64,000 nucleotides of DNA, from assembly GCA_963693365.1 (NCBI GenBank), contig CAVNZM010000003.1, positions 11,877,651 through 11,941,650 of the forward strand, in the 5' to 3' direction. Source of the DNA: Amoebidium appalachense (Eukaryota > Protista > Ichthyosporea). Position numbers and translations under genes: made by a program. Below the pieces are notes generated by a model that saw nothing but the letters and a program-made list of their open reading frames with translations, was not told where the DNA came from and made no database searches. This document shows positions 12,640 through 23,200 of the stretch, one piece after another; positions within the stretch are counted from its first letter, which is position 1; every line of letters starts with the position of its first letter.

Positions 12640-13421
12640 GTGGAGCACACCTGTGCCTGCTTGTGAGATTGATCGACAGGCACCGGCTCATGTATCCCCT
12701 TGCTGGGGCTGGTAAAGACGACGTTGGCATAAGAATATTAAGTTTGTAAACGTGTTTTCTTTGCAGGAGAATTAGATAGCCCCGTTGGAGTGAAATTGTG
12801 TGTTGCGAGTGTGCTGTAAACTTCGTGGTAGTATAATGCTGTAGGCCATGGTGTGTGTGATGTGTGTGCAAAGTTTCAGGCTGCTGGCATTTTTATTTAG
12901 GGAGCTGTAGCTGTTTTATGTTCTGTGGGATATGCCATATGGATATATTGATGAGTTTGAGTTATATCTAGTCCGAAATGGGCGGCAATCGATTTGGTCT
13001 TTATGATCTAGGGGTTTTAGCCACTTGTGAAAATTTTTCATTGGTTGATGTGCAGCAAAATTCCATTTTGGTAGATTTCATTGATTTGATAGGTTCTAAG
13101 TCATTCCTTCATATTTCCATAGGCAAAAATGTGGGCCGCGCTATATATTGAGCTTGCGCGGCCCCAGGGAGGTCAGTTGCGGTGCTACTGAGCGCGTTTA
13201 GGTATCTTTAGGCCCAAATTTAGCTAAGTTTTTTGCCCATTCACCACACCCTTGCTTATTTAGGCACTAGGCTACGTTTTGTGAGCATGTTTCTGTATGA
13301 CATTTGTCTTCTTTTCATTGCTCCTGTGGAGCACACCTGTGCCTGCTTGTGAGATTGATCCACAGGCACCGGCTCATGTATCCCCTTGCTGGGGCTGGTA
13401 AAGACGACGTTGGCATAAGAA
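12640..13421 (+). repeat. B1-A2-spacer-B2 3' repeat block of copy 1
   Basis: 96-bp B repeat (GTGGAGCACACC...GGCATAAGAA) at 12640-12735 and 13326-13421, on either side of A2. Same layout at 24761-25375. Confidence 0.93.
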
Positions 13422-13446
13422 TTGAAATTTTGTATGGTGATAGGTC

Positions 13447-16400
13447 TTCTTATGCCAACGTTGTCTTTACCAGCCCACACATCAAACACACCAAGGGTGT
13501 GTTTGATGCCCTTGGTGTGTTTGATGTGTGTACAACATTATGTTACTATGAAGTTTAAAGCACACTCGCAACACACAATTTCACTCCAACGGGGCTATCT
13601 ACTTCTCCTGCAAAGAAAACACGTTTACAAACTAAATATTCTTATGCCAACGTCGTCCTTACCAGCCCCAGCAAGGGGATACATGAGCCGGTGCCTGTGG
13701 ATCAATCTCACAAGCAGGCACAGGTGTGCTCCACCACTCCCTATCTGAGCAAAACAGCAATACCAAACAAGGGGCCAATTTTGGAATACAAATGATGGCC
13801 AATGACGAGGACCAATGAAAACGGAAGCGGGGGCGTGGTCTTTGCTGGAACAAGCCAGTTCCTGCCCTGCAGGCTCCGTTGGGCGGCCTGCAGGTGTGGA
13901 CCCAGGCGTGGCATGAAAGGCTTGATGCCGGCAGCTGTGTTGACACAGCGCTGACGCTGGCACGCGATGGATCAATGGCATAACACTCCTCAAAATACTC
14001 CACCAGGAGGTCGTCCAGTTCGGCGGGGGACTTGGTGTCGGTGCCAGGGGGCAACCAATCCAGGAACTCAACAACAGCATCCCGGTAGGCCTTGAGGGTT
14101 GGGGGCTTTATGGCCTGGTCAGCCAGAAAACCGCGAGGGACCATCTGTAGGATTGTGGGCTGACGGCAGCCACACACAATACAAACGAATGTCGAGGGCA
14201 AGCGTGTAGGCAGCCACCTGGCGGCATACACGGTTAAGGCGTCGGGATGCTGAACGACAGTTAGCAACAGCCCCAAGCAATGCCGTCGAATCAAGGCCCC
14301 AAAGGTAACGGGAGCCCCGAGCAGCTGTAGACCGACCTAATCGACGAAGCCCCAGGAGCAAGGCTTCTCCTTCCAGAATGTTGATGTGGTCGGAGTGGCG
14401 CCAACGATGACTGATGTTGGTGGTCCAGCGGCCACCAACAGCTGCCAGGATAGGTGCCGGGGGGGCGGACGGGCTTGGCTCGTGCACAGGACCAGACAGC
14501 TGGCTGTAGTGGCCACGCCGGTTGCAGTGGGGCAGCACTTCGCGGAGTAGCGTTGCTGGAAGCACCCGGGACACCACTGCACCACCCAACAAGGAAGCAT
14601 CAGTGCAGAACATGGTGCTAGCAAACCCAGAACGCAAATCACAACGCATCAAAGGGGCCAAAGCACACATCGCCTGAAGCTCCCACACCACGGGCGGGGG
14701 AAGGGGCTGTTCCCGACCCCCCAGCTGCTCCACAAAACTGTATACGGCACTCAGAACCGACAAAAGCAGACGCTGCAGCAGTGCCGCCCACACCCAACCA
14801 CCAAGCAACTGCTGCAAACGGAGCTGCGTGACGACACCACGACGCAACACGGCCTGGGTTTCCGCCACCAGACGGCACAAGGAAGCGCCTGACGGGCGCA
14901 ATATAATAGCACCATAGAGGACGACGAACCAGCAGCCACATCTTTCTTGACGTTGGAGGGAAGACCAGCCGGGCCGGTGACGCCATGATATGATTCACGC
15001 TGACGATTGATGGCGGTGGCATCTGTGCCGACCCAGCCAAAGTCGTCCACATACAGGGCATTCTGCGTGGCCTCCACAGGCCACGGCACTATCGCACAGA
15101 GGCGCTCAATGCGGGGCATGCCGGCTCGGTCAGCCAACTGCCCATGGACGTCTTTAGCCACAAACACAAAAACGGGAACGTGATGCGGTCGGATGCGGCG
15201 CACCTCTTCAGGCGTCGGCGGAACAGGCTTGAGAAGGCCGCCGTCGCAGTTGGCCAAAAACGGCTGCAGCGTAGGAGACAAAAACTGCAACATGTCCACT
15301 GTGGCTCCAACCCCAGGGGGTGGCAAAGCGGCATTTGCCGCCGTGAGAGGTAGCCATCCTGTCAATACAGGGTAGGCTGCGGGGAACGCAGCCAAGACAC
15401 TACTCGCGGGCTGAGCGTCGTAGACACCTGCGCGTATAGCATCGTAGCTGGCCCTAAGGACAAAGGTCCACAGGGCATGGTGGTGACTGTTCACCAACCG
15501 GGTCGGGAATGGGCAAGGGCCGCCTGCCCACAGCTCATTGAGGGCACCAAGACAACGGTTAGCCAAGGTAACCCCCTTCAGGCGGTTAGACAGACGTTGC
15601 AGACGGCGTTGACTCCGTAGACGGGCTTGTCCAGAACGGTCCGGGACAGGAATGGCCGGAACAGGAAACAAATCAGAGGCGGCAAAGACATGACGTGGCA
15701 TAGCTGTGGAATCCTTAGAAAAATTAGGGGGCATTTTTAATCAAGGGCACGTGGCAGGAAACTACAAGAAAATAATATACAGAACCGCGTGCCGAACCCC
15801 CAAAGGGCCGTTTAGGCCCTGTGCCCACCGGTCCCCGGAGGGGTCGATGGACCGGCCCCGGATGGGCCACTGCCGGGACCGCACCGAGCCCGGGTGACTT
15901 CGGCGAGGGTCTTGGCTTGACGAACAGCCCGGGTGGCCAAGGCAGCGGGCAGGGGCAGGCTGCGCGCAAGGAGCTCCTCAAACTGCTCTGCAACAGCCCA
16001 GTCCCCGTTGGACTGATCAGCAGTCTGCACAGCCAGCAGACGACGCACACCAACTTCCACAGCAGGCGATTCCTTGCGGGCCTTAGGGTCGGCGGCCAGC
16101 AGCAGGTCCAGCATACGGGCAAGCGTCAGAGCCTCCCGTTTGTTGCGGTAGCTGACCCAATCCGCCGCGTAGACAGCCGCAGTCACTGAGGCCTGGTCAG
16201 CCAAGGTGCTCTTGAGGTAGGAAGGGGCCAGACGTTCTTTGACGCGCAGGTTGACTTTGGCGCCGCTGGAGAGCAGATAACGGCTGGGGTTGGGTTTGGA
16301 ACGGCCAGAGGAATGACGGCTGCGAGAGGAACGACCGTAGCCACTGCTGCTGGAAGAAGAATCCTCACTCGACGTTGGGGTGTCTTCACTGCCAGTGTCG

Positions 16401-17599
16401 TACGCATAGACAGGCTCCTTGCCCTTTGCCCGCGCAGACAGCGTGCTCAGCAGGCCGCCGGCAGAGGGCTTCTTGGGGCGACCAGACTGGGCAAGAGAGA
16501 GGGCTTGCACTTGGGCAGAAAGCGCCTGCAGCTGCTCTTGGACGTCTACACCGTCAGAACGCCGCTGGGGAGAGGGCGACCCAGGTGGGGGGGAGGCACG
16601 GCCGCTACGAGGAGTGCAACAGAGCAAGTGCAGCTGGTTGGTGACTTTCCAACCGACCATCTCAGGGTCATCAAAAGCCACCGAGCGTGCCTTGAGGGCT
16701 GAAACCACACTGTTGACGGTTTCTGCTGGCAGGCTGTCCAAGGGGAGGGCGTTGGACTGCAAAACGGCCAGACTTTTGAGACTTGGGTCGTCCGCATCGA
16801 TAGAGATCTCCAAAAGTATTTTCGAGGAGAGCGGAACCCTTTGCGACCAGAGCAGGAGGAGGGGCCATTGCAATGCTCGCAAACCAGACTAGAGCACAAA
16901 AACTTGAAAACGAAGACTGGAAAATGCAAAAACGCGTGAAAAACGACACCGCAAAAAACGTCCGAAAACCAGCTAAAACGCAATAGCGCGCACGCAAAAC
17001 TCTTACCAGATGCTGCCGAAGCTAAGCGCGCGCTCCTGGGCAAAAACAACTAGAGAAAAAACGAACAACAGCGCGAAAAACGGGGACTAGAGTTGCAAAA
17101 ATTTAGCTTAATAATTGGGCCTAAAGAGACCTAAACGCGCTCAGTAGCGCCGCAACTGACCTCCCTGGGGCCGCGCAAGCTCATTATATAGCGCGGCCCA
17201 CATTTTTGCCTATGGAAATATGAAGAAATGACTTAGAACCTATCAAATCCATGAAATCTACCAAAATGGAATTTTTGCTGCACATCAACCAATGAAAAAT
17301 TTTCACAAGTGGCTAAAACCCCTAGATCACAAAGACCAAATCAATTGCCGCCCATTTCGGACTAGATATAACTCAAACTCATCAATATATCCATATGGCA
17401 TATCCCACAGAACATAAAAACAGCTACAGCTCCCTCAATAAAAATGCTAGCAGCCTGAAACTTTGCACACACTTCAAACACACCAAGGCCTACAATATGT
17501 TACTACTACGAATTTACAGCACACTCGCAACACACAATTTCACTCCAACGGGGCTATCTTATTCTCCTGCAAAGAAAACATGTTTACAAATTAAATATT
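13447..17599 (-). mobile_element. YR retrotransposon family 1 copy 2, inverted, with internal deletions
   Basis: A1 17095-17599; gag 16868-15812 (frameshift ~16817); pol 15734-14119 with deletions near 15175 and 14905; YR truncated at ~13745; B1 ~13640-13735; A2/B2 collapsed at 13447-13640. Both termini are intact. Confidence 0.93.
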
Positions 17600-17767
17600 G
17601 TCACAGGCTATCAGCCAAGTTTACCCTAGCGCCTCATGAACTGCGCGCGCGCTGTGGAAAAATCTGTTTTTTTTGGTGTTAAATTCTTTGGTAAAATGCC
17701 TTTAATTAAATCAGAAAATTTAATAATGACAGAAACCGACACACACCGACACCCATATACACGAGCG

Positions 17768-17897
<130 letters not shown>

Positions 17898-19134
17898 GAC
17901 TATCCCAGAACCCTGGTGGATTCTTGTTACTACCCCCTCTCCCCCCCTCCCCCCCCCCCGAGGCCACAGGCTAGGGGCTCTTTTATAAAGCTTTTAGGCT
18001 GTGGCAATGTCTGGTTCGGCTAAGCCCCCATTTCTATTCTCCCCCCCCTCTACTTGCTTTAAAAAAAAAAAGTAAAAAAAAAGACCTTGCAGATCCCAAG
18101 GGAAGGGAAGCAGAGCAAGACCTAGGCTATTATAGTACACTAACATAGTTAGTATATAGAAGGCCTTCAGCAGGGCGGAGTGGGGCGGCCCAGGAAGGGC
18201 CCGGGGGGGGGGGGGGGGGGGGGGGGGGGGCTGAGGGGGGGGGAGATCTGTCAGAGGGAGCAAGGAAGGCATGGGGGGGGGGGAGTAGAGGTTCGAGCTG
18301 CTGCAGAGACACATGAAGATAAAGAAAGAGATAAGCGAGAGAGGGGAAGAGAGGGTGAGGCACGTGTGTGTATGAGAGATGACCGAGAGAGAAAGAGCAG
18401 AGAGATAGACCAAGTTGAAGGAGAAAGCAGGCAGACAGAGAGCTGCTGAAGGGTAAGAGAGAGAGCTAGGTCACGGGAGGGTTAGCGGAGTTAAGGGGTC
18501 GGTGAGGGGAGGTTGTGAGAGAGGATGATCCGGAGTGGATGTGTGAATGCGCTTGTGTCCGCATGTCCAGACGAGTCTTGCTTTTTTTGGTGCAAACTCC
18601 GGAACACGTGCTATAGCTTAGTGTACGGAACAACGTGGAGCACGTGGTTTTCCCTACAAATGCTACATATACAGCCTGGCCGTGGTATTCTCACAAGCAA
18701 GTTCTAGCGTGATGGGCTAGCAGAAGGCTTGCTCATGGGCTAAATTAGCCAGGGAAAACAACCAAAACAAACCATGTGTTTGCTTGCGTGTTATGCAGAA
18801 ATTTGCGGCCACTTCTGGTAGGTAACCACCAGCGAAGGCATTGTTTTTGCGCCAGGGTGTATGCGTTTTCTCGGTGCAACATATATGAAAACCCTCATAT
18901 ATGAACGGAGCGCTTGGCTAGATGATCTTCGATCTGGGTCGCCGCGCTGAGGTCTGTAGCACGCCGTATCGTAGAGGATGATCGGATGACTTTTGCGACG
19001 AGATCGGCCAAGCACCCTTCCCAGGGGGTGCTGTGCCATGCGGCGCGCTTGGGGGGCCAAAGAAGATGACACCTAGGCCTCGGTCAGATTTGCAATCGCA
19101 TGGAACCCCGATAATTAGTGCTGCGGCGGGAATC

Positions 19135-19560
19135 AATGATTGGTTTGTAAACGTTTTTTCTTTGCAGGAGCATTGGACAGCACCGGAGACAGAGTAACAG
19201 GACTCCGTGTGCGAGATATGCAGGTGATACTGGTAGCGAAAATTCGGTGATGTACATATGCTGGTATACGATTTGCAGTTTACGTTTTTATTGGTGAAAG
19301 TATGTAGCGGAATGTGTTCCTGCATATGTAGACGTTTTGATTGGATTATAGTCATAAGGCGATCCCGCCCGCAATAGTTTTTGCATGCCGATGCTTTGGT
19401 TTAGAGCCTTTTGGCTGCTGTGTGCATCTCAGTCGCTGTGCTCATTAGCTTAGTGCAGGTAGGCCTCCTTAGGCTGCCTGTTTCGGTGTTAGTAGGTAGG
19501 CCTTTTTAGGTTACTGCCTGTAGTCAAGTAAGAACTGCCTGTTTTTGCCGCGGACGCCCT
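19135..19560 (+). repeat. Probable A-type terminal repeat of a third YR family (right boundary uncertain)
   Basis: Starts AATGATTGGTTTGTAAACGTTTTTTCTTTGCAGGAG, which aligns without gaps to the family-1 terminus. The sequence beyond is unrelated but has ATTGG boxes. Single copy in this window. Confidence 0.55.
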
Positions 19561-20298
19561 TGTTGTGACACCTTCATTACTTGACACCGTGGCCCGTGGG
19601 CCAGGCCGGAGGAAGACCGTGCCCGGAGTGGCCATCGCAGATCTTGCCCCGGAACTACGACTGCTCGATCCACGGGATGGTTCAGATGAAAAACCTCCGT
19701 CGCGCACTATTGAGATGATGTGAGAGGCCGTGCAGTTCGTGACATCATTATGTAGTCACGCCCCGCACCCTCAAGGACCACAACGTCATAGTCCGAGCGC
19801 CTTGACCACTAAGCCTCACATGGGGCCTAAGCATGACAACTAGTAGTACTTTTGTATCAGTATGTGCCTTAACCTGTTCAATTCGGCACTAATTATTTTG
19901 TCCGCGTGGGGGACACAACCGAAACAAGTCCAGTGCAGCTCATTATCAATAGAAAAAGCCCAAAAAGATTGTATACGCCGACAGGTATATGTCTTATATA
20001 CATTCGTTTCTAAGTGGGTTTTGTAAAAATATCATTCATGTACTTTTCCTGTGTGTTTCTCTAGCGATTTCAGACATTTTGACAACGTTTTTGAAGATGA
20101 AATCGATGTGACTAAGCCAAGCCAATCGGCTTTGGCCATTGAATTTTATTTGCACTTTTCATCCGATTGGACATATCCATTGACGGGGTTTGAAAATGAA
20201 ATTGTCAAGCGGCTCTTGACAGCCCAGTGATAGTTACGCCATATACAAGGGATCAAATACTGAAGTAAAGTTCTTTGTTTCTTTTTACAAAACGCAAG

Positions 20299-23200
20299 AA
20301 TATTTAGTTTGTAAATATTAAGTTTGTAAACGTGTTTTCTTTGCAGGAGAATTAGATAGCCTCGTTGGAGTGAAATTGTGTGTTGCGAGTGTGCTGTAAA
20401 CTTCGTGGTAGTATAATGTTGTAGGCTATGGTGTGTTTGATGTGTGTGCAAAGTTTCAGGCTGCTAGCATTTTCATTTAGGGAGCTGTAGCTCATTTCTT
20501 CATATTTCCATAGGCAAAAATGTGGGCCGCGCTAAATAATGAGCTTGCACGGCCCCAGGGAGGTCAGTTGCGGCGCTACTGAGCGCGTTTAGGTCTCTTT
20601 AGGCCCAATTTTTTTAGCTAAGTTTATGCAACTCTAGTCCCCGTTTTTCGCGCTGTTGTTCGTTTTTTCTCTAGTTTTTTTTGCCCAGGAGCGCGCGCTT
20701 AGCTTCGGCAGCATCTGGTAAGAGTTTTGCGTGCGCGCCGTTGCGTTTTCGCTGGCTTTCGGACGTTTTTTGCGGTGTCGGTTTTCCCACGTTTTTGCAT
20801 TTTCCAGTCTTCGTTTTCAAGTTTTCGTGCTCTAGTCTGGTTTGTGAGCATTGCAATGGCCCCTCCTCCTGCTCTGGTCGCCAAGGGGGCCGCTCTCCTC
20901 GAAAAGCTTTTGGAGATCTCTACCGATGCGGACGACCCAAGTCTCAAAAGTCTGGCCGTTTTGCAGTCCAACGCCCTCCCCTGGAACAGCCTGCCGGCAG
21001 AAACCGTCAACAGTGTGGTTTCAGCCCTCAAGGCGCGCTCGGTGGCTTTTGATGACCCTAAGATGGTCGGTTGGAAAGTCACCGACCAGCTGCACTTGCT
21101 CTGTCGCACTCCTCGCAGCGGCCGTGCCTCCCCCCCACCTGGGTCGCCCTCTCCCCAGCGGCGTTCTGACGGTGTAGACGTACGACACCGTACGAACCGG
21201 CAGTGAAGACACCCCATCGTCGACTGAGGATTCTGATTCCAGCAGCAGTGGCTACGGTCGTTCCTCTCGCAGCCGTCGTTCCTCTGGCCGTTCCAAACCC
21301 AACCCCAGCCGTTATCTGCTCTCCAGCGGCGCCAAAGTCAACCTGCGCGTCAAAGAACGTCTGGCCCCTTCCTACCTCAAGAACACCTTGGCTGGCCAGG
21401 CCTCGGTCACTGCGGCTGTCCACGCGGCGGATTGAGTCAGCTACCGCAACAAACCGGAGGCTCTGACGCTTGCCCGTATGCTGGATCTGCTGCTGGCCGC
21501 CGACCCTAAGGCCCGCAAGGAGTCACCTGCTGTGGAAGTTGGTGTGCGCCGTCTGCTGGCTGTGCAGACTGCTGATCATTCCAACCCCCGGGGACTGGGC
21601 TTTTGCAGAGCAGTTTGAGGAGCTCCCTGCGCGCAGCCTGCCCCTGCCCCCTGCCTTGGCCACCCGGGCTGTTCGTCAAGCCAAGACCCTCGCCGAAGTC
21701 ACCCGGGCTCGGCGCGGGCCCGGCAGTGGCCCATCCGGAGCCGGTCCATCGACCCCTCCGGGGACCGGTGGGCACAGGGCCTAAACGGCCCTTTGGGGGT
21801 TCGGCACGCGGTTCTGTATATTATTTTCTTGTAGTTTCCTGCCACGTGCCCTTGATTAAAAATGCCCCCTAATTTTTATAAGGATTCCACAGCTATGCCA
21901 CGTCATGTCTTTGCCGCCTCTGATTTGTTTCCTGTTCCGGCCATTCCTGTTCCGGACCGTTCTGGACAAGCCCGTCTACGGAGTCAACGCCGTCGGCAAC
22001 GTCTGTCTCACCGCCTGAAGGGGGTTACCTTGGCTAACCGTTGTCTTGGTGCCCTCAACGAGCTGTGGGCAGGCGGCCCTTGCCCATTCCCGACCCGGTT
22101 GGTGTACAGTCACCACCATGCCCTGTGGACCTTTGTCCTTAGGTCCAGCTACGATGCTATACGCGCGGGTGTCTACGACGCTCAGCCTGCGAGTAGTGTC
22201 TTGGCTGCGTTCCCGCGGCCTACCCTGTATTGACAGGATGGCTACCTCTCACGGCGGCAAATGCCGCCTTGCCACCCCCTGGGGTTGGAGCCACAGTGGA
22301 CGTGTTGCAGTTTTTGTCTCCTACGCTGCAGCCATTTTTGGCCAACTGCGACAGCGGCCTTCTCAAGACTGTTCCGCCGACGCCTGCAGAGCTGCGCCGC
22401 ATCCGACCGGCGCATCACGTTCCCAGTGGGGAATACGGTCCCCTGCTTCTTCGGCTTCAAGACTGCGGCATGGTGCACTATTTCGAGGCGAAGGAAAAGC
22501 CACTGGCCATCAATGGGCTGTTTGGGGTCCCCAAAGACACCACAGCCCGCGTCATTTTTGACGGCCGCCGTGGCAACCTGTTCTTTGCCCGTGATCATCC
22601 TGCCCTCAAGGTGCACCTGCCCAACCCTGCCAATATTGTCGATCTGTTGCTGGGGCCTGAGGATTGCCTCTATTTTGGCAAGTCAGACATGGACAACCAG
22701 TTCCATCGTCTTCTTGCCCCGGAGTGGCTGTGGCGGTACTTCGGATTGCCGCCTGTGTCTTCGGAGGCTGTTGGCATTTCTGTGCCCGACCGGCTTGTGT
22801 ACCCGGCCCTCAAGACCGAGCCGGCATGCCCCGCATTGAGCGCCTCTGTGCGATAGTGCCGCGGCCTGTGGAGGCCACGCAGCATGCCCTGTATGTGGAC
22901 GACTGTGGCTGGGTCGGCACAGATGCCACCGCCATCAATCGTCAGCGTGAATCGTATCATGGCGTCACCGGCCCGGCTGGTCTTCCCTCCAATGTCAAGA
23001 AGGATGTGGCTGCTGGTTCGTCGTCCTCTATGGTGCTGCTAGGCCTGGAAATGCATCGCTCTGGGATATGGCGCCCGTCTGGCGCTTCCTTGTGCCGTCT
23101 GGTGGCGGAAACCCAGGCCGTGTTGCGTCGTGGTGCCGTCACGCAGCTCCGTTTGCAGCAGTTGCTTGGTGGTTGGGTGTGGGCGGCACTGCTGCAGCGT

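Larger units (their letters stand above)
7332..13422 (+). mobile_element. YR retrotransposon (DIRS order, Ngaro/PAT-like split direct repeats), family 1 copy 1; structurally complete but disrupted
   Basis: A1 7332-7836, gag, RT-RNase H, YR, B1 12640-12735, A2 12735-13236, ~90-bp spacer, B2 13326-13421. No TSD. About 5.6 kb once the solo LTR is removed. Confidence 0.95.

Noticed and set aside
7332-13236. Conventional LTR retrotransposon with A1/A2 as LTRs
   Set aside because: No TG...CA ends, TSD, PBS, protease or DDE integrase; an extra B1/B2 pair is present.
19869-19890. piggyBac-like end (TTAA-CCTGTTC)
   Set aside because: No matching inverted terminus or transposase found in the window.
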